DNA of 58,651 nucleotides, filler included, from Catajapyx aquilonaris (Eukaryota), in the NCBI GenBank assembly GCA_000934665.2. It is 2 parts of 2 records of this genome, joined end to end, with 100 filler letters (N's around TTAATTAATTAA, not from the genome) between each part and the next. Parts side by side here need not be neighbours in the genome. Positions count along the whole stretch, not along the records: positions 29,387 to 58,651 come from JYFJ02004818.1; 1 more part is not named here. One strand, written 5' to 3'. Below the pieces are notes generated by a model. That model did not search any database and was not told the DNA's origin. It worked only from the letters and a program-made list of their open reading frames with translations. Shown piece after piece: positions 37,574 through 49,362 of the stretch (position 1 is the first letter of the stretch; each line of letters starts with the position of its first letter). Position numbers and translations under genes: made by a program.

Positions 37574-38840
37574 ACTATCTTAACTTTAAGCACTATATGA
37601 GCATGTAAAATTAACTACTTGCCTTGCTCTCCTTGGAAAGTGACCTCATAGTTTTTGCACCAGTCTGCCACAGAAAACCTCTTCGTAACTTTCATGGACT
37701 GAAAAAATTTCATTATCAACAGAGAAGTAAAGCCTTTACCATAATTATATGAAAGATGTGGTAAAATAAACTTACAGACTCGAGCAAATTCTCTCTCTGG
37801 ACCTCAATAGAAAACTTGTCGTGGTAATGCTTCTGATGGTGTTTCCTGACCTCATGGTAGAAGAAATCTTGCTTGTCCCTAAATGTCTCGGATCCACCAA
37901 TATTTTTGAGCAGGAAGTGTGTGAAGGTGGCTGCTATGACATTTCTCTCGGGGGTAGCCAACTCCACTTTGGGCTGGCAGCCATCATCTACCACAAGCGA
38001 TGTTGAGGAAGCAGATGATGACACGCCTCCACCTCCTCCTCCACCAGTCTGGTTTGGTTGGTTCTGGCCATTTGGAAAAGAAAACTGAAAATGGAGTCAA
38101 GATTGGGAGGTAAAAGAAATAAAAACAACTAAACAATTGGAAGGGAGAGAATTACGACGTATAGTTAACCTTTGTTGAAGGGCATAGGCGGAAGGTGAGT
38201 AGGCGCTTTGGAATGAGCTTGAAAAGGTACTCTTTGATGGTCAGCTGTTTTGGAGAGATATACACATACACCTTCTTTGGTTTGGCCAACCTCTCCCCAT
38301 GGATGGCAACCAGGCGGGCTTCATGGTAAATGTTGTGACTCTTGGTCGCTGTGTTCCTCTGTACCAGTGCCGCCTCGGCACCTAGTGTCAATGAAATCAA
38401 GACAACAGGTAAAGCTTGGATTGTGGGAGGGTACTTTTTATGAAACATGTTTCAGCCATAAATGAATCAGCAGCAGGGAAGTGATATCAGCATTATAATG
38501 CTGTCATTTTCATGTTATACCTCAAGTTTCACATTGCATATGCAGGGGGAGGCATTGAAAAGTAGATAACTCATGTAAAATTGTGAGTTATATAGGGCAG
38601 CACAATGGCCCTACAGATAAGTTGTATACTTCTATATCTGTGTTCCCAAGTGATAGCCCTAGACCAGGCAGAAGATTTTCCATGTGGAATAAGTTTAAAT
38701 AAATTTTCTGGTGTGTCAGTTTGCAGTTTCTTGGGTTCTCCACTTTCTGTGACAAATATATTAATTTTGAAGTGATAATATTGCACGTGTAGATTTGTTA
38801 TTATTCCTCATATAAAGAAGTAAATAATAATAATAATAAC

Positions 38841-38877
<37 letters not shown>

Positions 38878-41800
38878 TCATTATAATCATCATTATTAAC
38901 TACTTCTAACCCTATTTCCACTACTACAAACTCTACCTCTACTACTATTTATTCGGACTACTGCACATACCTCCACTGGCATAAATTCCCCCCATGATTA
39001 TCCTTCAGACATTTCATAGCATTACATTGCAGGACAATCCACCTATGTCACTAATCGGTGTAATCAAATGAACACTGACACAGGTAGAGACATAGTCCAA
39101 AACCTTTCAACTAAAATTTCCAGAATGATGAAAATTGGACTTTTAATACACATTTTCACTGTGTGAATTCATCTATGTCCCATAAGTTTACCCTGATACA
39201 TTCACCACTATCTTGAAAAATAAGTCAATATTTCTTATAAAAAACAGTCAGTAAGTTGGGAAGACCAGAAGCACTTGCAATATGGCATATTTAGAATATT
39301 GCAGATATCTTTACTGTCCGGGCACATTTGGCATGGAAAAAATAACCTTCACACGCGACAATATGGCCTCCTGTTGCTGCCTAGAGCAGTTATTTATGAT
39401 GCTAAAGCGTTTTTATTTATCATTTAAAAATATAATTGGAGTCAGGAAACAACCCATTTTGTACACATCTGCACTGAACACACCAGTCTAGTTGTTGCAA
39501 CATATTAACAAAATTCTTGTTTGCAAATGTACACTAAAATTAATTATTTGGGCAGACAAAATATATACACAAACTAACCCTACAGTACTATCCATAGGTA
39601 CTGTCACATCAGTACCTTTTTAACCTAATGTGCTCACTTCTCTGACTTCAGGAACAGCTGGGGAAGGGAATTTCCCACTTCACCACCCTTCCTGCATATT
39701 GTACATTTTTTTCTGCATTTCATAATAAACTTGTTTAAAATTATCAACTCATTAACCCAAACACAATCCATAATTGAATTCAGCTTACATGCATATCAGC
39801 AGAGATTTTACAAAATGCTCCTGAGCCTAGTTCATACTCCTGTACCTGCTACATAAGAGAGCATTTCTCTCATGCATGTTTCCCTTCACCTTGCAATCAG
39901 GAAGCCAACATGAGGAGCATAAATGACATTTCCACCATATATGATTGCAGTCTGAATTCTGTTATACGAGGTATTAACTTCACAATACTCACCGCTGAGG
40001 ACGATGATGTCAAAATCTCCGTTGCTGAGGGTAGTTCCCTTGTAAGTTAGTCTTGCTCTGTAACACCCCTCATGGTCCATTTTAAGGATCATGCTGAGTC
40101 TTTGAGAGTCTGGGTGGTACAAAAGGGTCGTGGGACATGCTCCGGGTACGGGAGGCTCATTGCTGCCCATGTGCCACATGCTCAGCTCATAGCCATCCAG
40201 GGGGTTCTCGCCACTTCCTCCCATTGCCCCCACCCCAGCTCCCACTTCCATATCTTCCCCACCCTCCCCTCCCATTCTGACTCCACAGCACATATTGTTG
40301 AACTCATCACGAGGCTCTATCTGTAGACTGTGTGCCACCCCAGCAGTGCACACCACTGTTGAATTGTGACGTACCAGCACTGTCTTATTGGGATCAGGAG
40401 GTCCTGGCCAAGATAAAGGATGAATTAGATGGTCACCCTACAGCTTGGGGCAATCTTTGATATCAATCAAATACCAAATAATATACCATGAATGCAATAA
40501 TAGGACAGGACTCAGCCCAGTGGACAAGATTACCATGCTGGAAAACTTTCACATGTGCATACCTGGGAGAAAGTTCTTGAGAAAAGGACTGCCCTTGATG
40601 TGCTGATTAGCCACCAGTACAGATATTCGATACTGGCCTGCTCTCCGTACAGTAAACTTAATTATTGCTATATTGGCCATAGCAGGATCAGCTGCGCCTA
40701 ATTCTGTGGCTACTGCCACTTTATGGCAACCCTGAGTAATCTCCACTAAAAAGTTGTCCTGGTCGCAGATAGGATAGGGACGCCCATTCCGCTGGAAGAA
40801 CTGAAATTTGCGAAAAATTTCAATGTTCCCTCTCTTTATAACTGATCTGAACTTACTTTTACAGTGAAGGTCATGGTGTCACCAACGACTTTGGGTTCTT
40901 GCCAGTCAAAATTAATCTGGCAGTTGTTGGGCAGCAGGTACTTTCCGGTCACATAGCGGAGGAGGTTGGATTTGGTCTCTGGTGTCAGAACAGGCTGCGC
41001 CATGGTGGCCAGGGCCACCAGACCAGCCATGCTCACCGAAACTACCAGCATTCCTCCTGAAGACAATATTACAATGGTTTCAATATATCAATTACAAACA
41101 GTGCTGCTGCCTGCATGGAAATGAATGTGAAATTAGAGTTATCATAGTCCCACTCTGCAACAATGTGGTAGAGTGTGGTTACAACAGTTTTGGCCATTTT
41201 AGATAAACTCTTACTATAGAACTTAATATGATGATGTCATAGGTTTGAAACAGCGAGAATGCATTGTGGCAGTTTCTTGTTTCCCACTATGCGATGCAAC
41301 CCCCTATCTAGCCTTATGGGGAAGGCCGTGAGCTAAGCGAGTCCCCTATCCCTGTATGTAGCTCACTGTACAGTACCAATTCGCCTTCGGGACGACGACT
41401 TCTGAACAGTACTGAACCTACCTACACCGTCAATTCCCATTCAGCCCCAGTTTGCAGATCCGCTGTATACCAGCCACCCGAATGCTGCTTGGTCCATATC
41501 GCATTCGGGTGGCTGACCAAGCAGCATTCGGGTGGCTGGTACAGCGGATCTGCAAACTGGGGCTGAACTTGGGCTGAATGAGAATTGACGGCTTAGGTAA
41601 GTTCAGTAGCCTACTGTTCAGAAGTCGTCGTCCCGAAGGCGATTTGGTACAGTGCTCCACATCCAGTGATAGGGGATTCGCTAAGCGCATGCAAAAGGAG
41701 ATGGAGTTACGAGTGGCTGACGCGAATGAAACATCTGGTATTAAATCACCCGAAATCACTTTATTGTTATTGTTTGGCAAATAGTTTTATTTTGTCATTT

Positions 41801-44800
41801 ACACTGCAGGTATTACAAGTACCCGGAATTACATGCACATTCATCGCGATAAATGTGTTTGTAAATAGTGAGACATGAGGTGTTGGGTTCCAGCATATTT
41901 TGCACATCTAAAAACATACCGTACGGTACCGGTACGCTTTTAATATCAACAATTAGGATTTACAGATTTTTGTCTTACTTCCCGGGTGGGGGAGGGGGGA
42001 CAAGACGTCGCGTCGGCCCGGCGTCGGCCCCGTGTTCAAAACTTTTCAGCCAAGGTTATGCATGAAAGTTACTACGAAAACGGATATCAGGCAATACAAC
42101 CAGGGCGCGCGACAAAGGACCCAATCAATGTCTAAAGCGGTCTAAAGTCTCCCTGCACTTTCCGGCAACGTTTTTTTCTAAAATCAAATAATTCCCCTTT
42201 ATAAACGTATGTGGGCATCTGCATTAGTGTCTGCATTAGTCGGCCATCGCTGGTCTTGGTCCAGAAACATGTCTCACAATTATTCATTTTCACATACTCA
42301 GCCCAGACAAGGTTCCTCAGCAGGTTCAATTTCGAACGTTTAGCCGCGTTTGGCAGCCTTGCCATCGCGCCTCATGGTAGATGACACTGCCTGTCCCAAC
42401 TATGCTGTTTTCAATCGTTTTCACTTAATTGCCTAATTACCCCCATTAATTTTAGCCTTAGTCAACTCCTCGACTTACAGTCATTGGATGCTTTGGTCTT
42501 CCTATTTAGTCCTACATTCTCCTATTTAGTCTGTAAGGTTCGAAAAATTCTCCACAAATACCACGGTCGAGGCAAGGAATGTTTGTTGAAGGGTTTGGTG
42601 CAAAAACCGGATAAGTCCACTATCGTGGAATGCCCCATTGGTATCAGTCACTAAAGTAAAGTACGGCTGAACAGAGTGATGAGGGAGCCTGATGATGAAT
42701 GAGGTGATGAGTTTGTACCCCTATGTATGCTTATAATTCAGAAAAAGTATATTCATGCTCATAATATGCTCATAACATATACACAAAAATTTATTTGGAC
42801 ATGTCTGGTTCTCATTCGGTACGAAAACAAGACATGTCCACATTATATTCTACTGTAGCATGTGTAATATGCATAGTACAAACTTCATATTCAGGTGCAT
42901 GTTTACTTTGGTATCAACCTATCAAACAAAAAAGTATCATTAGAAACATTCTCAAAATTTGCCGGAAATTCAGTTTTTCTTTGTTTTCTCGAAAGTAAGA
43001 ATAGCGGACTTGCCTTGTTTTTGCACCAAACCCATCATATACTGTATACACAGGTCTGGCAACTTGCCCTCTTATCGCGTGGATCTTTAGAGTCCCACCC
43101 GGCCCCTAATACAGTAAATCGAGGAGCGACACCCCTACACTGCGGCGAAAATTATTACTTTTATTCAGAACGGATGATGAGAACGTGGATGCGAACAGGC
43201 CCTGGAAGTCCAAAGGAACGAACGGACCATGCCTACTAGATTTGAATTGCCGGTTTGGGAGTCTCGGTCCTCCGTGTTAAGCCAAGCAGCGAAACTAAAG
43301 CGAAGCGGCACCCCACCAAACTACCTGAAATGCCACTCGAAGGTCACAGGGGTCTGAGGGGGAAACCTATATGAAAAAAAAAAAAAACGGAGTTGCAGTG
43401 GGCAGTGCTTCATTATAATCCCAGCTTCCTGCATGACAGTGGTTAAGGTTAATGTTTAGCTCATTAATGGTTAAAACCTGTGAGCTCGTAATTTATCCAC
43501 AATTTCTACACTTAAGTTTTTTTCCAGAGGTTACAAGGAGTTGGTGGAATTTTTGAGCCACCCTGTACAATGCACTTGCGCTAGATATTTACAGTACATA
43601 GTAAACATAGATAACTATAGCCAATTCAGTATCATCGCGTTTATTGTGAAAACATGCCAAATTGGTAATGCTACCCCATTCTGCAATGGTGAATACCTTT
43701 CAGCCTTATTTGGCAAATAACGCTTCAAATGGCAATAAATTTTTAGTTGGTACGACAAGTTATCTAGTGTTATTCCTTTCGTGCATGTCTGGCATAATTT
43801 GTATGCATATGATATGTCAAAATATGACATTTACATAGTGGCCAAAAATGTTACATACAGTGTAGGGTCTACTAGTTCATGCCACTGGAGATGGCTGTAA
43901 CTGAAACATTGAAGACAGTTCATGTAGTGTACCACTTTTGGCCACACGCTCTACCTGTAATACCTAGCATGTTTTTAAAAGTGAAGCGTAAGCAGCCACA
44001 AATTCAGAATGTCCGAGGTTTAAAGCTGCATAAATTTTGCATACTGAACTGTACCTCTACAGCAGTCTTCATTAATTATTCACTCCTTTCAATTAACAAT
44101 GCATGGCAGGTCGCATTAATAAATAAAAGGACTATACCTTCTAACCCAAATTTTGATTGCTGGACAGGTTCTCTCTGTTTCTACCATTTATTAAGCAGTA
44201 CTGTCCATCGAAACATTCTCAAATTATATGCCGATTTAAAAAGTTCCAAATGACATCTCCGTTGATGTCATCTTGAAATTCGAAAGAGTCGACTACATGA
44301 ACATTTTGGTGTTTATAAAACCACCGCATATCAGCACGTATCCTGGTACAGGACACCATGATTTTATATCAGCAGGCCTATAACGCAATAATTTGCAACT
44401 GCACCATTTCATTTAATCAGACATGGCTTATGATTTTGACTGCGGCATGCCTTTGAGGGCTCTCCCTTGGCGAGTCAGTTTTGAAAATCATTACGTAACA
44501 ACCCCCTCCCCTCCCACCCACTCCGCTCTCTAATGACACCCCGTCACGGCCTGTAAGCATCTCTGTATTCAGTACCCGTTACGTAATACCCCCAAGCACT
44601 GATGCAGTGCTCTCATTCCCAATTCCCCCAGAGCTCCTTCAAGAAACCCATTAGTTTCACTTAGCATCCCCTGTCGGAGGACTCGGGATCATTGACTGAC
44701 CACACATCAGGAGAGGGCCCCTAATGTCGCATATAGCCGCAGTCAAAAAACGTGCGCAACTCCCTAGTGGTTAGAACGCCTTGAGGGGAGTTCACAGCAG

Positions 44801-47800
44801 TGTGGTGTCTGGAAGTAGTCCAGAGAGTCTCTTCTTCTTTCCACCCCCCCCCCAACCCCCTCACCCTCCTTGAATCCGGAGAAAAGCGTCGATAGAGAGT
44901 AGGCCACAATTGAATGGCAAGCCCTTCAACGCGGCTCTGAAAGCTAGCCAAACACGCAGTCGATAGTCTTCAGTCCTCATCGCATTTTCCTCCTAACCCA
45001 CCCACTTACAAATTGCCTCTTTTCGCTCTCCTACATGATGAACCGCCCCCCTGACTGCCGGTGCTTACAACCAAGTTCCAATGTGCCCCCCCTAATACGC
45101 CACTCAATATGTGCACTTCCTCCGGGTGCCAACATTTCTGAGAGCTATTTCTTCTGGAAGCCCTCCGGAATCCTGAAAAGTGCTACAGCCTGCATGCTAC
45201 GTGAACATACGTCACCTCTCGCCTATCGATTGGAGGATCGCAATGCTAACTGTAGCCTACCTAATGTGACGAGCAGAATGGGACAAGTGTATAGAGGTAT
45301 GCAGTACTCCGGAACATCTGCGACCCCTCCAGGTTGAGAAATATGTCGTTATTAAGAGATACAAAATGGACATCCATGCTGCTGACAAGCTCAAAAATTA
45401 AATATAACACTGATGAAACACGCATCGGGGGTGTCGTCATTGACAATTTGTCATACACTGTAAATATGGCCAGTAGGTACTACTACAGTCTTCGATCTAT
45501 ATATGATTTATTGATGTGCGCTATTGACATCAGGTATGCAAATTTTTGTGCGGAAAAGAACTGCAAATAAGAAGGCGGTACTTCCGAATGATGTCTGCCA
45601 CTGCGTCATGGAGGCTAGGTGCAGAGGGGGTTTCAAACCCGCCAAAAATCTGCGTGGCGTACTTTATGGATAGCCCCCAAGGGACCCGGATATATGCCTA
45701 TGGACCCGTTTCCAAATCCGTATTGCAGTATATTGCAGCAAAGGTCGAACTGTCCCCATCTTTATCCCAAGTCCCCAACCCGAGACAAAAAAAAAAACGA
45801 GGCACCCAGCTAACCCAATCGGACGCTTTCTTCCCCCATAATAATAAAAAAACCAATGTCGCTTTCTCAACAACAACAACAAAAAAAAGCGCACTGGATA
45901 CTGTCACGTACAGTACCACCTCAATTAAGACTAATAAAGACACGCTCATTACTGGGTGGAACCGACGCGCATGCCAGTATCAAGGAGCCTATTCCTGACA
46001 TACCCGGATCGAAATTACCCCCTCAGCCAGCAGGGACAATTTCCTAAATGAACTGCAGCTATAGAAAAATTAGTCCGCTCTAATGAGACAATTACGGGAC
46101 ATGAAAAATACAACGCCATATCCTAGAATTGACGCAAGCCCTATTGTTAGCTCACCTATTTAGAAAATTATCTCCATCCCCATTTTTCCTCCAACTAATA
46201 TCTATACGCTCGATAATAAATGCCCGGACGAGTCAATTCCGAGCAACAGCGTGAAGAAATCGGCTGCAAATGAATAATTGCACAGACCCAGCCTATATAC
46301 TAGGCTTAGGGGGCCGGGGGAGGCAGAAAATGGTGCCGCATGCAGATGAATACTAAAAGGCTAGCAGCGCAGAGAAAGGACTACTAATGAGCACCCGGTA
46401 TACAGGGCAAAAGGCGATGAAATCTTTGAACTGGAGCGCCTCGTGATTTGGACAGTTCGCCTGCTTCTGATGTGTGTCAACGCCCCGCCCGTTCAACCCA
46501 CCGCCAACAATGTGCCCGATATTTCTTCGGTCCCACGGAGAAACACCCTATCTACAAAACTAGTAGGGGTGAAAGTCGCGTGCATGCCCTGCACTAATCC
46601 CCCTTGACTCAGAGGGGATTTGTGCAGGGAATGCACGCGACTTTCACCCTTACTATAGATTTGAAGATATGGTGTTTCTCCTTGGGACTGCAAATTTAAG
46701 TGTTGGAAATACTACTTACCCCATGTCCACGGCGCCTTCAGTTGATCGTTGTGTTGCTGCAACCGGACCCAAAGTTGGGCCTTAAGTACCTCCAGGTCGG
46801 ACTTGGAGGTTGGCAGCGACTGTCGGGCAGTAGACCACGAACCCAGGTCTTTCCCTAGAGCGCTCTCGGCCCTCGCATCTTCCAGCCAGTACACATCCTC
46901 CAGGGAAGTGATGCCCATCTGGCTCAGCCTGCAGAAGAAGGTCCTGACATTTATTACCCGAAAACACCCCTTTAAAAAAAATATATATATCCATCCCGCC
47001 TTCTGGTCACGACCCCTCATTCATTCCGAACATTGTGCAAATCCTGCCAATGCTGTCCCAAGTTTTCCTTCTTCCCCCCCCAAGTTGAACGTCCCTGGTA
47101 TATCCCTTTCCTCCGCCTCATAATAGCACTTGTGAGCCCCCGCTAGACGTGACCAGTATCAGCAAAAATGGGTCTCCCATCTTGCCCCCCCTTACATATA
47201 GCAACCGTTTGACTTGGTGGTAGACCAGGTGGAACGTGCTGGGTGCTATACTTCCATATAGTATCCGGCTATTGAACGGCTGGCTGACCTTTGGCAGGTT
47301 TTCAGCATCACTGCAGTCATGCTTCTCATCGTCCCTTCCATATATTTAAAAAAAATATTATTCAGGCCCTATAAATCAGCCGCTCTTCCGACAGGAGATC
47401 AAACTAATATCATCCGAGGGGGGGGGGGGGGGNNNNNNCCCTTGATCCATTTTCCTTTGGGCTGCCAAATAATTGATGCCTTTTCAAGTGTGGCCAAGAC
47501 AAATTCGCAGCTAATAAATTTTCGGCCCCGGTGGGCACAAAAGGGCTGCAAAATCGACCGGGTCCGGGATCTATAAAAGTGACCAAGTTAAAATTGGCAC
47601 GGGCTACTGACGTCTATCCGTTTGACCCAATCACATCACGCAACACCTGGGGCTCCCAGGTGCCGACCTCGGCCACGCTCCAAAATTATCGCTACCGGTA
47701 TGCTTCAGTGCATCTACTGATTACAAGTCTCTCATTAATTAATGGCACACTCCTCCTTATGAATTAGACGGGAATGCAACCATTTTATGGATGTCGTCGA

Positions 47801-49362
47801 AAAATGTGCGGCAGACTATATATATACGGCAGTCCCCAAGCGAGGCTCCGGAAATTCGGGTCAAGGTGAGTTGGCGATCCAGTTACTACCGGGCGAACAC
47901 GGTATTACAGTAACACGCATTACGGTGGGGGCACCCCCTCTCCTATAAAAGACAATGGACCATCCATGCCTGCTATTCGCACGGAATAATACCGGATTTT
48001 CTATATGGATATGTCGATATGCCGGAAAACTACATTTATGCCAAGCATGCCACGCAGTTGTAATGACAGTTATTTACCGAGGTAAGGTCTTGTAGACAGG
48101 TAAGTATTACTTTCAAAAGCTTTCGAATTGGGCCAATTTGGAACGTCGGAGCGTGGACTACTTCCATCAGCATTATGTGCGGTGTGTATACACCACCGGT
48201 CCTGTTTCTCTATTCATGCAGTACAGTACGGCTTATGGAGGTTTACAGGACGGCCCAATAAAATGTGGTTCCGGGTTGTTACATTTTCAAACAGTTTCTG
48301 CCCCCCCCAGGTTCTCCTCAATTGCGAATTAATATTGCAGCAAATTTGTAATTATATATCAGGGAGGAAAATATCCTCTCATCCAGTTAGGGCCCCTTTT
48401 ATGAAGAATGCATGCAATCGACCTTTCGTAACTGATTAGGTGGAGTAAAACTATAAAACGATGGACCCCCCGAGGGGATCGGCCACTGGCGTACTCAGGT
48501 GTGTACTTTGCCGCAGTTACACCATTACCGTGAGTAAGCTACTTTGCCGCGTAATTACAAGTAACTGTAATTAGGTTGCTCGTGTCGTCCTCGCTCTTTG
48601 AAAATGCTAATTTACAAACGCATCTCTAAATGCAAAAACGGGAAAGAAAACGTGCCACACCCAGCGGCCAGATCATATACAGACAACGCAAATTCATCAC
48701 GCAACAACTTACACCAGGAAAATTACAGGCAGGTAAAAAAAATATATCGCATACCTACTTTCACTCTAGATATTTAAAAAATTGATCACTGCATAATTGG
48801 ATGAGCGAAACATCCTCTCTATAGAGGGGAAAGGCTGTGGCTAATGACATGTTCTGTGTGGTGCAGTTTGCCTGTTCACCTGATTCTCGTTTTTAGGCAG
48901 CATCTGCGGAATAGTAAAGGCGATGCGGTAAGTGCTTTGAGCCTCCTATGAAGGATGCGGAATGCGGAAGGAAGCGCGTATCGGAAGCCTGTCGACAAAT
49001 ACCGCCGGAATGCAGATGACAAGCCTCATTTACACCCCCCACCCGCCCCTTAAGCACTCCGTCCCATAACAACAGCCCTGACTTAATTGCGTACTGCGTC
49101 GAGCTCTGCACCAACGACTTCTTCATACTATATAGCATCTGATTACATCATATCTATTCACGTTGAAATGGAATCATCGCTGTCGTAATGTGACTGTACC
49201 TGCGGGCATGGTGTGTCAAGCTGTGCTCGTGAAGCCATTGTCGCAGAAGCAGTTGCTGACGTAGAATTCTAGCAGCTCTTTGCAGGCGTTCTCGATCTCT
49301 AGCTGGCAATGCACTCAGGCGTACTCCTTCCAGTTGGGCGTAGTCCACTAGGGTCACCAGAC
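32918..49362 (-). CDS. AREL1: Apoptosis-resistant E3 ubiquitin ligase 1 (AREL1/KIAA0317-like HECT ligase), 5'-partial; join of 12 exons: 49362-49200, 46928-46720, 41056-40857, 40800-40563, 40403-39993, 38381-38170, 38084-37776, 37698-37623, 34812-34520, 34459-34334, 33597-33146, 33020-32918
   Basis: All exons join in frame with matching intron phases; 10 introns are GT-AG and 1 is GC-AG. The translation has motifs I recognise from the AREL1 family ([41 protein letters not shown]) and HECT motifs ([55 protein letters not shown]). Confidence 0.95.
33146..33597 (-). CDS. AREL1: AREL1 exon K, HECT (VVELIPGG...LPTAHT)
   Basis: Acceptor ttaactag|GTT and donor TG|gtaagt (phase 2); classic HECT motifs. 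Confidence 0.96.
34334..34459 (-). CDS. AREL1: AREL1 exon J, HECT ([10 protein letters not shown]...GRLLK)
   Basis: Acceptor gtattcag|TAT and donor AAG|gtgagg; 126 nt; not in the ORF track. Confidence 0.94.
34520..34812 (-). CDS. AREL1: AREL1 exon I, HECT N-lobe ([12 protein letters not shown]...LRVHYK)
   Basis: Acceptor ttttgttag|GA and donor AAG|gtgggt. Confidence 0.95.
35027..35343 (+). mobile_element. tRNA-derived SINE with a V-domain-like body, intronic and antisense to AREL1
   Basis: A box TGGCGGAGTGG (35039), B box GAGTTTGATTCC (35082), body cgtgggttttctcggggttctcccgtttcctcccac, (GTT)n(ATT)n tail, and a perfect 12-bp TSD atactttttcag (35015-35026 and 35344-35355). Confidence 0.9.
35648..35858. 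mobile_element. MITE family A, internally deleted copy (211 bp)
   Basis: TA-CAGGGTGGTTCAACTTTTTTGTCC ... GGACAAAAAAGTTGAAACACCCTG-TA. Confidence 0.88.
35944..36547. mobile_element. MITE family B: 604-bp near-perfect palindrome with Tc1/mariner-like termini
   Basis: TA-CAGGGTGTTTCAGAGTCACGGG ... CCCGTGACTCTGAAACACCCTG-TA; arms of about 290 bp with a short spacer near 36245. Confidence 0.92.
37170..37571 (+). mobile_element. Second tRNA-derived SINE family with an (ATT)n tail, antisense to AREL1
   Basis: A box TGGCGCTGTGG (37181), B box GGTTCGATCCC (37224), (ATT)n 37511-37571, and a degenerate TSD accatcttaac/actatctttaac. Confidence 0.8.
37623..37698 (-). CDS. AREL1: AREL1 exon H, HECT start ([26 protein letters not shown])
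   Basis: Acceptor ttttttcag|TCC and non-canonical donor AAG|gcaagt; gives F.GE.G-LDWGG continuity with the next exon. Confidence 0.9.
37776..38084 (-). CDS. AREL1: AREL1 exon G (...[12 protein letters not shown]...[18 protein letters not shown]...NLLES)
   Basis: Acceptor ccattttcag|TTT and donor TCT|gtaagt; 309 nt, phase 0 to phase 0. Confidence 0.93.
38170..38381 (-). CDS. AREL1: AREL1 exon F, PH-like region ([19 protein letters not shown]...FRLCPSTK)
   Basis: Acceptor gacactag|GT and donor AAG|gttaac; family motif present. Confidence 0.93.
38823..38876. repeat. (AAT)n microsatellite
   Basis: Direct reading. Confidence 0.92.
39993..40403 (-). CDS. AREL1: AREL1 exon E ([11 protein letters not shown]...[10 protein letters not shown])
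   Basis: Acceptor cttggccag|GA and donor GCG|gtgagt; 411 nt, phase 1 to phase 1. Confidence 0.93.
40563..40800 (-). CDS. AREL1: AREL1 exon D, filamin-type repeat ([10 protein letters not shown]...[13 protein letters not shown]...GSPF)
   Basis: Follows a 56-nt intron; acceptor tttcag|TTC and donor CAG|gtatgc; filamin motif G.Y.I.V......I.GSPF. Confidence 0.94.
40857..41056 (-). CDS. AREL1: AREL1 exon C: hydrophobic segment [19 protein letters not shown] and start of the filamin/Ig-like region
   Basis: Acceptor tgtcttcag|GA and donor AAA|gtaagt; contains [33 protein letters not shown]. Confidence 0.93.
41364..41654. mobile_element. Foldback MITE with CACTG...CAGTG termini (CMC/EnSpm-like)
   Basis: Near-complete palindrome (gtaccaa.tcgccttcgggacgacgacttctgaacagta...); CT dinucleotide on both flanks as a candidate 2-bp TSD. 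Confidence 0.72.
46528..46690. mobile_element. 163-bp hairpin MITE-like element
   Basis: c(g/a)gtccca.ggagaaacacc...gggtgaaagtcgcgtgcat.ccctgcac.aatcccc arms around a short loop near 46607. Confidence 0.75.
46720..46928 (-). CDS. AREL1: AREL1 exon B ([18 protein letters not shown]...PWTWG)
   Basis: Acceptor cttcttctgcag|G and donor TGGG|gtaagt; phases 2 and 1 match the neighbouring exons. Confidence 0.88.
49200..49362 (-). CDS. AREL1: AREL1 exon A, first coding exon found (GLVTLVDY...[15 protein letters not shown]), SAM-like N-terminal extension
   Basis: Acceptor tctgcag|GT (phase 1) and donor CAG|gtacag (phase 2); joins in frame to exon B. Confidence 0.8.
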
